Shown one piece after another: positions 52,024 to 62,063 of a stretch of DNA of 64,000 nucleotides. The position numbers were made by a program, and so were the translations under genes. The notes beneath the pieces are model-generated. The model was not told where the DNA came from and ran no database searches. It saw nothing but the letters and a program-made list of their open reading frames with translations. This DNA is from an uncultured Chloroflexia bacterium (GTDB lineage Bacteria > Chloroflexota > Limnocylindria > Limnocylindrales > CSP1-4): positions 672,001 through 736,000 of the forward strand of contig CAVPPB010000001.1 of assembly GCA_963707215.1 (NCBI GenBank), written 5' to 3'. Numbering within the stretch: the first letter of the stretch is position 1; each line of letters begins with the position of its first letter.

Positions 52024-53211
52024 TCAAGACACGGCGAGGCGACCGGTGACACGCCCGAACGCGACGAGTGCCGCCGCCGCAGCCAGGGCCAGCAGCGCCG
52101 TCCCCAGCATCGCGACCGGCAGGCCCACGGTCACCGACAGCGCCCCCATCGCCGGGGGGTAGACCGTCGCCCCGACGACCGCCAGGCCGGTGAGCAGGGC
52201 GCCAACCGCCGCGGATCGTTCCGGGTATCGCTCGCCGCCAAGGGCCACGATCATCGGGAAGACGGGCCCGGACGCGAACCCGGCGGCGGCGAAGGCGGCG
52301 ATCGAGAGCGGCAGTGACGGGACCAGGACGGCGGCAGCCAGGGAGCCAGCAAGCACGATCAGCGCCACGAGCGTGAAGCGCAGGTGATCGAACCGGTCGG
52401 CGATGGCCGATGAGACGAGCCGGCCGGCGGTCAGGCCCAGCCAGTAGAGCGACAGGGCCACCGTGGCGGTCGTCAGGGGGGCCGGGTCCAGGAACCGGAC
52501 CAGCCAGTTCGAGACGCCGAGCTCCGAGGCGACGTAGGCCGCGATCGCGATCCCAAGCAGGATGAGCGGGCCCCGGAGGAGCCAGCCGCCGCTGCGGGCA
52601 CCGCTCGGTCCGGCGGCCTCGGCGCCGGAGACATCCGCTCGCGGGCGACGCCCGCTGGGCATCGGCACGAGGAGGTAGCCGAGCGCCAGCCCCGACACGG
52701 CCACCCCGCTCGCGACCACGACCGCCTGCCATCCGGCGCCCGCGGCGACGAGCGACCCGACGACGAGCGGCGCGGCCATCGCGCCGACACTGAACGCGGC
52801 GTGGAGCAGGTTCATCGCCCGGCCGCGGCCCTCGCGGTAGACGTCGAGGACGACGCCGTTGGCGCCGCCATCCAGGCAGCCCGCCGCGGCGGCGGCGAGC
52901 GGCGCCATCGCGAGGAACCACGACCACGAGGGCGCCAGGCCCAGGCCGACGATGGCCGCGCCGTGGAGCAGCGCCGCCCCGCCGAGCACCAGGCGCCGCC
53001 CAAGTCGCTCGGTCAGCGGACCACCACCGAACGACCCCGACGCGTAGGCGACCGCCCACAGGAGGTAGAAGAGACCCAGCCCGGCATCGTCCTGCCCGAA
53101 GGTCTCCTGGACCGAGCGGATGAGGGACGGGACGAGGAGTCCGGACCAACCGATCACGACGAGCGACGCACCGCCGACGAGACCTGCGGCGAGCCGGCCA
53201 CGCCCGGTCAT
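52024..53211 (-). CDS. MFS transporter (FucP/TsgA-like)
   Basis: 12 TM helices, LTERLGRR, MNLLHAAFSVGA, GPVFP. Confidence 0.85.
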   Translation of the reverse strand: MTGRGRLAAGLVGGASLVVIGWSGLLVPSLIRSVQETFGQDDAGLGLFYLLWAVAYASGSFGGGPLTERLGRRLVLGGAALLHGAAIVGLGLAPSWSWFLAMAPLAAAAAGCLDGGANGVVLDVYREGRGRAMNLLHAAFSVGAMAAPLVVGSLVAAGAGWQAVVVASGVAVSGLALGYLLVPMPSGRRPRADVSGAEAAGPSGARSGGWLLRGPLILLGIAIAAYVASELGVSNWLVRFLDPAPLTTATVALSLYWLGLTAGRLVSSAIADRFDHLRFTLVALIVLAGSLAAAVLVPSLPLSIAAFAAAGFASGPVFPMIVALGGERYPERSAAVGALLTGLAVVGATVYPPAMGALSVTVGLPVAMLGTALLALAAAAALVAFGRVTGRLAVS

Positions 53212-53420
53212 GCGCGGGCCCCGGACGCAGCGAGGGGACCTGGCTGGTGCTCCACGCCCGCGATCCTGACAGCATCGGTGGGCATCGGTGGCCCGCATCC
53301 GCTGGGCCGGTGATGCAACCGAGGCGTCGAGCCCTCCTGTCGCACGGAGGTCGCCGCGGCGACTCGGACCGGTGATCCCCGGCGCTCGACGTTGGTAGTC
53401 TGGGGCCCGGAGGAGCGGAC

Positions 53421-55841
53421 GTGAGTTCGACAGCACGGGTCGTGGTCGTGGGCGGCGGGGTCATGGGCATCAGCCTGCTGTACCACCTGGCCGAGGCGGG
53501 CTGGGCCGACGCGATGCTGATCGAGAAGGCCGAGCTGACCTCCGGTTCCACCTGGCACGCGGCCGGACAGTGTCCCAGCTTCATCGCCGACTACACCATG
53601 GCCAAGGTGCACGCCTACGGCAACGACCTGTATCCCCGACTGGAGACGATGACGGGCCGACCCACCGGTTGGCACGCCACCGGCGGCATCCGCTTCGCGA
53701 CGACCCCGGAGGAGCTGGACCACTTCAAGCGCGTGGAAGGGGTCGCCGCGAACATCGGCTTCCGGATGCAGGTGATCGGTCCTGACGAGATCCGCCGGCT
53801 CAACCCGTTCGTCACGACCCGCGGCGTCCTGGCCGGGGCGTGGACGCTGGACGACGGCTACGTCGATCCGTCGAGCGCCTGCAACGCGATGGCAGCCGCG
53901 GCCCGGGGGATGGGCGCGACCATCGTTCGACACAAGCTGGTCACCGGGATCGAGCGCCTGCCGAGCGGCGAGTTCCGGGTGGCGACCGAACAGGGCGACG
54001 TCATCTGCGAGCACGTCGTCAACGCCGCCGGATGCTATGCGGATCGCGTCTCGGCCTGGCTCGGCGTCCGGACCACCTTCGCCAACATGAAGCACCAGTA
54101 CCTGGTGACGGAGCCGGTCCCGGAGTTCGTCGAGCGCGACGTCGAGCTCCCGATCATGCGCGACCCATACGCGTCGGCCTACTACCGGCAGGAGCTGAAG
54201 GCCGCGCTCATCGGCATCTATGAGGGACGCGACACCCGCGAGGCCTGGAAGGAGACCGGGGGGCCCTCGTGGGGTGCGTCCAACGAGCTCTTCGAGCCCG
54301 AGCTGGACCGGATCCTGCCCAACCTGGAGCGGGTGATGGAGCGGATGCCGATCCTCTCCGGGGTCGGGATCAGGAAGGTCGTGAACGGCGCCATCTCGCA
54401 CACCCCGGACAGCAATCCCCTGGTCGGGCCGGCCGCCGGGGTCCCCAACTTCTGGCTGGCGACCGGGACCGGCATCGGGATCGCCCAGGGGCCCGGGTGT
54501 GGCAAGTACCTGGCCCAGTGGATGATCCACGGAGCGGCCGAGATCAACATGCTCGGCCTGGACCCGCGCCGGTTCGGTGCCTTCGCCGACGAAGCCTATG
54601 CCTCCGCCAAGGCCCACCGTGAGTACTGGGACATGTACCGGCTCATCCCGCCCGGCGAAGAGCGACCGGAGGGGCGCCCGGTGCGGACCACGCCGCTCTA
54701 CGACCGGCTCAAGGCCAAGGGCTGCGTCTTCACCGAGGGCTTCGGTTGGGAACGGCCCAAGTGGTTCTCGACCGACGGGCGAGCGGAAGCGGGCAGCTTC
54801 CGCCGCAGCAACGTGTTCGAGGTGGTGGCGGCCGAGACCCGGGCTGTCCGCGAGCGGATCGGGGTGTTCGAGCTGCCCAGCTTCTCGAAGTTCGACGTGA
54901 CCGGGTCAGGTGCCGAGGCGTTCCTCGACCGGCTGTGCGCGAACCGCGTGTCCCGGAGGGTCGGCGGCATCGTGCTGGCACATGCCCTCACCGACGCCGG
55001 TCGGATCCTCACGGAGTTCACCATCACCCGCCTGGCCAGCGATCGCTTCTATCTCCTCTCCGGCGCCCTGGCGCACGATCGTGACCTGGACCTTCTGCGT
55101 CGTTCCCTGTCCGGGGACGAGGACGTCATCGTGACCGACGTGACCGAGGCGTACGACGTCCTCATCGTCGCCGGCCCGCGCTCCCGGGACGTGCTCGCGA
55201 CGCTCACGGCGGCGGACCTGGGCAACGTCGCCTTCCCGTGGCTGACGGCCCGGGAGATCGAGGTCGCCGACATCCCGGTCCGCGCCCTGCGCATCAACTA
55301 CGTGGGCGAGCTGGGCTGGGAGCTGCACGTCCCGATGGCGCAAGCCCTCGATCTGTACGACGCTGTCTGGGCGGCCGGGGAGGGCTCCGGCATCGCCGAC
55401 TTCGGCCTGTACGCGATGAACAGCCTGCGGCTGGAGAAGGCCTACGCTGGCTGGGGAGCCGAGCTCACCAACGAGGTCACACCGGTGGAGGCCGGCCTGG
55501 ATCGCTTCCTGCGGCTCGATCACGACTTCGTCGGCCATGCCGCCGTCGCCGCGGCCAAGGAGCGTGGCGTGGCCACGCACCTCGTCTACCTCGAGGTGAT
55601 GGCGGACGACTCGGACGCGGCCGGCGGCGAGCCCGTCTTCGCCGACGGGAAGGCGATCGGCGTCACCACGTCGGGCGGCTACGGGCACTCGACCGGCCGG
55701 AGCCTGGCGTTCGCCTACGTCGCCTCCGGGTACGAGACGCCGGGCCGGGACCTGGAGGTCGAGCTCCTCGGCGAACGCTACCCGGCAACGGTGCTGGCCG
55801 AGCCGGTCTACGACCCGGGCGCCCTGCGCCTGCGCGCGTGA
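53421..55841 (+). CDS. GcvT-family dimethylglycine dehydrogenase-like protein
   Basis: VGGGVMG, TSGSTWHAAG, HTPD, GWERP, YVGELGWELH, SLRLEK. Confidence 0.92.
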   Translation: MSSTARVVVVGGGVMGISLLYHLAEAGWADAMLIEKAELTSGSTWHAAGQCPSFIADYTMAKVHAYGNDLYPRLETMTGRPTGWHATGGIRFATTPEELDHFKRVEGVAANIGFRMQVIGPDEIRRLNPFVTTRGVLAGAWTLDDGYVDPSSACNAMAAAARGMGATIVRHKLVTGIERLPSGEFRVATEQGDVICEHVVNAAGCYADRVSAWLGVRTTFANMKHQYLVTEPVPEFVERDVELPIMRDPYASAYYRQELKAALIGIYEGRDTREAWKETGGPSWGASNELFEPELDRILPNLERVMERMPILSGVGIRKVVNGAISHTPDSNPLVGPAAGVPNFWLATGTGIGIAQGPGCGKYLAQWMIHGAAEINMLGLDPRRFGAFADEAYASAKAHREYWDMYRLIPPGEERPEGRPVRTTPLYDRLKAKGCVFTEGFGWERPKWFSTDGRAEAGSFRRSNVFEVVAAETRAVRERIGVFELPSFSKFDVTGSGAEAFLDRLCANRVSRRVGGIVLAHALTDAGRILTEFTITRLASDRFYLLSGALAHDRDLDLLRRSLSGDEDVIVTDVTEAYDVLIVAGPRSRDVLATLTAADLGNVAFPWLTAREIEVADIPVRALRINYVGELGWELHVPMAQALDLYDAVWAAGEGSGIADFGLYAMNSLRLEKAYAGWGAELTNEVTPVEAGLDRFLRLDHDFVGHAAVAAAKERGVATHLVYLEVMADDSDAAGGEPVFADGKAIGVTTSGGYGHSTGRSLAFAYVASGYETPGRDLEVELLGERYPATVLAEPVYDPGALRLRA

Positions 55842-55864
55842 CCGGGACGAGCGGGAGCCCGACG

Positions 55865-57964
55865 ATGCCCCGCGACCCGCGCTACGACATCCTGTTCGAA
55901 CCCGTGACGATCGGGCCGGTCACGGCCAGGAACCGCTTCTACCAGGTTCCCCACTGCACCGGCATGGGCTGGCAGCGCCCCCGCACGCTGGCGGCCATGC
56001 GCGGCGTGAAGGCCGAGGGCGGCTGGGGGGTCGTCTGCACGGAGTACACCTCGATCCACCCCGCGTCCGACGACCTGCACCACGTGTCGGCGTCGCTGTG
56101 GGACGACAGCGACGTGCGCGCGCACACCCTGATGACCGACCTCGTGCACGAGCATGGAGCCCTTGCCGGGGCCGAGCTGTGGTTCGGCGGCGTGCGCACC
56201 GCCAACCTGGGCACCCGCCTGACCTCGATGGACGTCGCGGGCTACCCCAACGCGGTCGGCCACCCGTTCCAGACCCGCGCCATGGACAAGCGGGACATCC
56301 GCGACCTGCGGCGCTGGCATCGGAAGGCGGCCCTGCGCGCTCGCGAGGCCGGCTTCGACATCGTCTACGTCTACGCCACGCATGGCTATCTCGTGTCGAA
56401 CTTCCTCGACCGGCGCGCCAACACGCGCACCGACGAGTACGGCGGGTCGCTCGAGAACCGGACGCGGCTGGTTCGCGAGCTCATCGAGGACGCCAAGGAG
56501 GCCGTCGGCGACCGCTGTGCGGTGGCGGTGCGGTTCTCGGCCGACGAGACGATCGGCGAGGACGGCGTCCCGGTCTGGGGCGAGCGCCGCGAGATGCTGG
56601 CGCTGATGGCCGAGATGCCCGACCTGTGGGACATCAACGTCACCGACTACTCGCTCGAGATGGGCGTATCCCGCTTCGTGAAGGAGGCCGCGCTCGAGCC
56701 CTACATGTCGTGGGTGAAGTCGGTCACCACCAAGCCCGTGGTGACGGTGGGGCGCTTCACCTCGCCCGACACGATGGCCAGCCAGGTGCGCCGTGGGATC
56801 ACCGACTTCATCGGGGCGGCCCGCCCCTCGATCGCCGATCCCTTCCTGCCCAGGAAGATCGAGGAGGGCCGCCTCGAGGACATCCGCGAGTGCATCGGCT
56901 GCAACGTCTGCTACTCCGGCGACAGCCTCGCCGTGCCGATCCGCTGCACCCAGAACCCGACCATGGGCGAGGAGTGGCGCAAGGACTGGCACCCGGAGCG
57001 GATCGCGCGGAAGGGCTCCGACAGCCGCGTCCTGATCGTGGGTGCGGGGCCCGCGGGGCTCGAGGCCGCCCGGGCGCTGGGTGCGCGCGGCTACACGGTG
57101 ATGCTGGCGGAGGCCAGCCGCACGCTGGGCGGGCGCGTGACACGCGAGGCCGCGCTCCCGGGCATGAGCGAGTACATCCGCGTGCGCGACTACCGCGAGC
57201 AGCAGCTGGCGAGAATGCCCAACGTGGAGATCTACCGCCAGAGCTCCGTGACGGTCGAGGACGTGTTCGCGGTGGGGGCCGACCACGTCGCCATCGCCAC
57301 CGGTGCCCGATGGCGGACGGACGTCTACGACGGCCATGCCTACGTCCCGATCGCAGCCCCGGGTGCCGAGGTCCTGACCCCGGACGACATCATGGAGGGA
57401 CGACTGCCCACGGGCCGGACGGTGCTGTACGACGGTGATGGCTACTACATGGGCGGCGTGATCGCCGAGCGGATCCTGGCGTCAGGCCAGCCGGTGACGC
57501 TGGTCACGCCCCTGGACAGCGTGGCCTACTGGGCCGGCATGACCGCGGAGCGCTGGCGCATCCGCACGCACCTGATGAAGCTCGGGGTGGGGATCGTCAC
57601 CGCGCACCGGATCACCGCCTTCGATGGCAGCGAGGCCACCCTGGAGTGCCAGTACTCCGGCCGCGACCTGGCGCTGCCCGCGTCCTCGCTGGTGGTCGTG
57701 GGCCAACGGGCCCCCGAGGATCCGCTCTACCGGGGCCTGCTGGCCACCGAGCAGGGTGCTTCCGGGACGCTGCCCTTCACGTTGACGCGCATCGGGGATT
57801 GCGAAGCCCCGGCCATCATCGCGGCCGCGATCCATGCCGGCCACACCTACGCCCGCGAGATGGATGCCCCGGTCGACGTCGACCTGCCCATGAAGCACGA
57901 CCGGGTCGATGTCGGCCTCGTGGCCCCGGCGCATCGGACGCACCGACCGGGCGCTCGCCGGTAG
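55865..57964 (+). CDS. Trimethylamine/histamine dehydrogenase-family flavo-iron-sulfur enzyme
   Basis: NRFYQVPHC, YATHGY, ARPSIADP, CIGCNVC..CTQNP, GAGPAG. Confidence 0.9.
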   Translation: MPRDPRYDILFEPVTIGPVTARNRFYQVPHCTGMGWQRPRTLAAMRGVKAEGGWGVVCTEYTSIHPASDDLHHVSASLWDDSDVRAHTLMTDLVHEHGALAGAELWFGGVRTANLGTRLTSMDVAGYPNAVGHPFQTRAMDKRDIRDLRRWHRKAALRAREAGFDIVYVYATHGYLVSNFLDRRANTRTDEYGGSLENRTRLVRELIEDAKEAVGDRCAVAVRFSADETIGEDGVPVWGERREMLALMAEMPDLWDINVTDYSLEMGVSRFVKEAALEPYMSWVKSVTTKPVVTVGRFTSPDTMASQVRRGITDFIGAARPSIADPFLPRKIEEGRLEDIRECIGCNVCYSGDSLAVPIRCTQNPTMGEEWRKDWHPERIARKGSDSRVLIVGAGPAGLEAARALGARGYTVMLAEASRTLGGRVTREAALPGMSEYIRVRDYREQQLARMPNVEIYRQSSVTVEDVFAVGADHVAIATGARWRTDVYDGHAYVPIAAPGAEVLTPDDIMEGRLPTGRTVLYDGDGYYMGGVIAERILASGQPVTLVTPLDSVAYWAGMTAERWRIRTHLMKLGVGIVTAHRITAFDGSEATLECQYSGRDLALPASSLVVVGQRAPEDPLYRGLLATEQGASGTLPFTLTRIGDCEAPAIIAAAIHAGHTYAREMDAPVDVDLPMKHDRVDVGLVAPAHRTHRPGARR

Positions 57965-58183
57965 CGGTCCCGGCGACCCGTCGCGAGCGGCGGTCGGCCG
58001 ATCCACGAGGGTCCGTGGGATCGCGCCGGCCAGCCCTGGAGCCGGGGACTGGTGCCCGGACGCACCGGACAGCGGCGACCGGTCGCTCCTCGCGGTAGCG
58101 AGTGCGGCCCATCCGTGCCTACACTCTTGACTCGACTCCGGGCGGGTCCGGCACCCGCCGCAAGCGAAGGAGGGAGTGGAACG

Positions 58184-58495
58184 ATGCGTGCGTCCCGGCC
58201 GTTGTGGGCCTCCCTGGTGACGGTGATCCTGTCGGCTGCGGCCCTGGCCGGGCCGGCGTCCGCCGGCAGGCCGATCGCCGGCTGCCCGCCCGGCTTCATC
58301 GACGGAGCCTTCACGCTCCAGGCGGCGCTGGAGTACAAGGCCCCGCTGCCCCCGGAGGCGTTCGAGTACTTCAGCGGCTACTTCGCCGCGACGGACAAGA
58401 ACGGGGATGGCTTGGTCTGCATGAAGGACCTGCCCGACACGCCTGGCATCCCGCCGTCCGTGACGCAGCTGATGGACAACGTCGCGAACTCGTGA
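58184..58495 (+). CDS. Small secreted protein with DxNxDG..C motif
   Basis: Signal peptide, CPPGF, DKNGDGLVC; strong RBS. Confidence 0.75.
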   Translation: MRASRPLWASLVTVILSAAALAGPASAGRPIAGCPPGFIDGAFTLQAALEYKAPLPPEAFEYFSGYFAATDKNGDGLVCMKDLPDTPGIPPSVTQLMDNVANS

Positions 58496-58568
58496 CGGTC
58501 GGCGACCGACCCCGGCATCCGGCCCCGGATGACCTGGACCAAGCGGGCACCAGCAGGGAACGGCGTGC

Positions 58569-59119
58569 ATGAAGCACCAAGAGATCCTGGCCACCCTGGT
58601 CGAGCAGGCCCAGGCTGATGCGTCGTCGTCGGCTTCCTGCTGTTCGGCTCGGTGGCCCAGGGGAACGCATCGCGAGGACTCCGACATCGACGTCCTGACC
58701 GTGCTTCGGGCCGACGATGCCACCGCGGGGATCCGCAACCGGGTGATCGACGGCATCAAGGTCGGCGACCTGTCGTTCTCGCGGGCGACCCTCGAGGAGA
58801 GCGTCGAGACCGTGCCGTACCTGCTGCATCCGCTCGGCGAGGCGACCGTGCTGCTCGACCGTGATGGGACGATCGCCCCCTCCTCGCCCGGATCCGAGCC
58901 TACTTCGCTGAGCATCCCGAGATCGCGGCCGAGTGGGCGGCCTCGTTCGAACGCCTCAAGGCCGAGAAGGCGACGTACGGCGACGAGAACACGACCATCA
59001 TCGACGTCTGGGACGAGCTGGAACGCCGCCATTCCGGCGGCCGGATCCGACGGCGCTTCTTCAACGCCCTCTACCTGACCAGACCGCGCACCTTCGCGCT
59101 GGTCAAGCGGCTCATGTAG
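58569..59119 (+). CDS. Nucleotidyltransferase-domain protein, frameshifted
   Basis: GFLLFGSVAQG and THREDSDIDV in adjacent frames; breaks near 58622, 58660 and 58878. Confidence 0.65.
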
Positions 59120-59273
59120 CCCACGCCCACGACGCGGCTCGCCGATCTGTGCGAACGGGCAGCCTCATGAGTGAGGCCCGGGCACCGAGCGACCGGGCGC
59201 ACGTTCCACGAGCCACCCGCCCCGTGCCGGGGCGCACGCTCGGCCCCGGCGGGGACGCCCGCTCGTGCCTTGC

Positions 59274-59783
59274 CTACGAGCCCGGTCGCTCCTTCGCCCT
59301 GTTACGGACGGTGAGGTACGCGAACGCGTGGGCGATGAGCCCGATGCCCCACGGGATCGTCGTCCAGTAGGCGTACTCGATGCCGCCGCCTGCCGCGAAG
59401 TCCTGCAGCCACAGGAACCCGTTGACGATGGCGAAGGCGGTCGCGTGGACGATCAGCTCCTGCCGCGGGCGATCCTTCGCCCCCGCTTGCCCGACGGAGG
59501 CGCTCCGGCCGATCAGGACCATGCCCACCATCACCGCCAACAGGACGGCACCGCCGATCAGCAGGCCCCAGGCCGCCACCTCCGGGATGTCACCGACCCG
59601 CCACGACAGGTCGCCGCCGAGTCCCACGTACTGGTCGTCGCCGGCGGCCAGGATGACGACGCCCACCCCGAGACAGATCACCCCGAGGATGCCGAGGAGA
59701 ACCTCGGTGAATGCCCAGACCGGTCCGACGCCGGTGTGCTGTGTCCCGCCTCCCCCGACGGGCACGTCATGCGTCGCTGCCAT
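59274..59783 (-). CDS. Membrane protein with C-terminal 2TM domain
   Basis: HATAFAIVNGFLW..WGIGLIAH. Confidence 0.75.
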   Translation of the reverse strand: MAATHDVPVGGGGTQHTGVGPVWAFTEVLLGILGVICLGVGVVILAAGDDQYVGLGGDLSWRVGDIPEVAAWGLLIGGAVLLAVMVGMVLIGRSASVGQAGAKDRPRQELIVHATAFAIVNGFLWLQDFAAGGGIEYAYWTTIPWGIGLIAHAFAYLTVRNRAKERPGS

Positions 59784-60007
59784 GAGGTCACCCTCCTCTC
59801 TCGAAGCAGCGTCGGGACGCGAACGATCAGTAAGCGCCGGTCCTAGCGCGGCCGCAAGAGGCAGAGGTCACCAGCGGCAGGACGGCAGCACCGCGCGACC
59901 CCGCCGCAGCAGGTGCCCTCGGGGGGCTAGCCTTGGTGGCGGCGGGACGACGTCGGCCGCCTGGCCGCCCAGGCCGTGGGAGCGGGGACCCGCCAGGGAG
60001 ACGCCCG

Positions 60008-60499
60008 ATGCGCACCGAGATGGACGACGAGCGGAACTCGACGCGGCTGCTGCTCCAGCGCACGCGGCGGATGACCCGTGCAGCACTCGAGCCACTCGAC
60101 CCGGAGGCGGTCGTCCACGACGTCGGACCGCCATGGCAGGTCCGCGACGTGCTCGGCCACCTGGGCGTCTGGAACGGCGAGGCCGCCCGGTCGCTGGAGG
60201 CGCATGCCTCGGGCGGCGAGTACACGTGCATCGCCTCGGCCGGACACTACGACGCCTACAACGAGCAGGCGGCCATCGAGCGTCGGGCCTGGCCGATCGC
60301 CGAGGTGTGGGCGGAGTACGAGGCGACCCACGATCGGCTGGAGGCGGCGATCGCGACGATGCCACCCGATCGCTGGGACACTCCGATCCAGTACCCGTGG
60401 ACCGAGCTGGGCTCCGTGGTGGGACTGGTGGTCCTCATGACCGAGCACGAGACCAGCGACCACTGCGAGCCGCTCCTGGCCCGGATGGGCGGAGGCTGA
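60008..60499 (+). CDS. DinB/ClbS-DfsB-like protein, copy 2
   Basis: 163 aa; 24 differences from copy 1 by manual count. Confidence 0.82.
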   Translation: MRTEMDDERNSTRLLLQRTRRMTRAALEPLDPEAVVHDVGPPWQVRDVLGHLGVWNGEAARSLEAHASGGEYTCIASAGHYDAYNEQAAIERRAWPIAEVWAEYEATHDRLEAAIATMPPDRWDTPIQYPWTELGSVVGLVVLMTEHETSDHCEPLLARMGGG

Positions 60500-60560
60500 C
60501 CGCCTGACGGCCGGCGGGCCGCCACGTCCGGTCGTTGGGTCCTCGAGCTCCCCTGCCCGA

Positions 60561-61340
60561 CTACGACTGGTGGGTCTCGCCCGAGGCCCAGACGCGGGTG
60601 ACCGTCCGGGTCGTGAACCCGAGGCGCTCGTAGAGCCGCTGGCCGGCCGGGGTCGCCCCGAGGTAGAAGGTCGTCGAGCCTCGCGATCGCGCCTCGGCCA
60701 TCGCCGTCGAGAGCAGCCGCCACCCGATCCCGGAGCGCTGCCGGGAGGGCTCCGTCGCCATCGACCAGACACCGGTCACCGGGCCGTGGTGGACCAGGTT
60801 GACGGACCCGACGACATCGCCATCGATCGACGCGAGGTGCGTGTCGACGCCCGGGGCATCGAAGACCGAGGCAGGGAACACCTGCTCGGTCAGGTCCTGG
60901 GGCATGCTGAACGCGGAGCCCAGGACACGGGCATTGGCACGGGCGTCCTCGGGCCCGGACGCTCGCCGCACGGCTACCGCCGCGTTTCCGACCGGCTCGA
61001 TGGGCGCGTCATCGCGAACCATGAACGGGATGTCCACGACATGCTCGAGTCCCAGCTCGCGGGCCGCCACCTCGACCTCGGACTCCGAGTCCGGGAAGAC
61101 GATCGCCAGGAACGGGATCTGGCTGGTCAGGAACGCCCGGCAGGCGTCCGCGAAGCGATCCTCACGGCCCGCGCCACGGCCCGCTATGACGTAGTTCAGG
61201 TCCGCGACCGGGACCCCCGTCTGGATCGAGGCGCAGCCCGGGTGCATGGTGAACTCGAACCGTTCGGCATGACCGAAGCTGGTCAGGAGCGCCTCGCATG
61301 TCAGCCGCTGGAGGACCGCGTCGGTCAGGGTCGTGCTCAT
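60561..61340 (-). CDS. GNAT acetyltransferase
   Basis: MATEPSRQRSGIG, ATPAGQRLYERLGF. Confidence 0.85.
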   Translation of the reverse strand: MSTTLTDAVLQRLTCEALLTSFGHAERFEFTMHPGCASIQTGVPVADLNYVIAGRGAGREDRFADACRAFLTSQIPFLAIVFPDSESEVEVAARELGLEHVVDIPFMVRDDAPIEPVGNAAVAVRRASGPEDARANARVLGSAFSMPQDLTEQVFPASVFDAPGVDTHLASIDGDVVGSVNLVHHGPVTGVWSMATEPSRQRSGIGWRLLSTAMAEARSRGSTTFYLGATPAGQRLYERLGFTTRTVTRVWASGETHQS

Positions 61341-61540
61341 GGGTGACGATGCTAGGCCGCCGGTCAAGAGCGCAGGGCCATCGGACAGCCGTGAGGACCG
61401 GCTCGGCTGGCGCCAGGCTGGCCGAGCCTGGGGCGCGCCCTTGATGCCGCGTCGTCTCCGGAGCCGGGTGTACGCTGCCCTGACTCGGGGGCCGGCTCGT
61501 CTGTCCAGCGGGCTGGACTCGATGGCAGGGGAGCCCGCTC

Positions 61541-62008
61541 GTGCTGATCTGGAAGACGCTGCACATCCTTTCGATGGTCACCATGGTGACCGCGTTCATC
61601 GGGGCCGAGGTCTTCTACGCTGCAGCGATGAGGAAGCGCGACGTGACAGCGCTTGCCTTCGTCCATCGAACCGTCGAGCGAACCGGCCTCGGCTTCGTGG
61701 CGCTCGGCGGTCTGGTCGCCGGGGTGGTCTTCGGGGTGCTGACCGCGCTGACCGGCGGGTTCGATCTCGTCGCGGGCTGGCTCATCGTGGCCTACGTGCT
61801 CGTCGGGGCGTTCCTCGTGAACGCCGCCCTGATCGGAGCGCGGGTCGTGCACATCGCCAAGGAGGCGGTCGAGGCAGACGAGGGAAAGCGCCCGGCCGAG
61901 GAGGTCATCGGCGCCATGGCCTCGAGCCGGGCGGTCTTCCTCGTCGTGGTGAACGCGATCATCTTCCTGGCCGTCATCGCGGACATGGCCCTGAAGCCGT
62001 CGTTCTAG
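61541..62008 (+). CDS. DUF2269-like membrane protein
   Basis: WKTLHILS, four TM helices, C-terminal DMALKP. Confidence 0.7.
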   Translation: MLIWKTLHILSMVTMVTAFIGAEVFYAAAMRKRDVTALAFVHRTVERTGLGFVALGGLVAGVVFGVLTALTGGFDLVAGWLIVAYVLVGAFLVNAALIGARVVHIAKEAVEADEGKRPAEEVIGAMASSRAVFLVVVNAIIFLAVIADMALKPSF

Positions 62009-62063
62009 CCGCGAAGCCCTGGCGTCCGCTGGACGGAGCTTCGGCGCCCCGATCGGCCGGCGC

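Noticed and set aside
50595-61775. GGGTTCGA matches near 50599 and 61758 as further att sites
   Set aside because: Inside coding regions, with no further tRNA similarity
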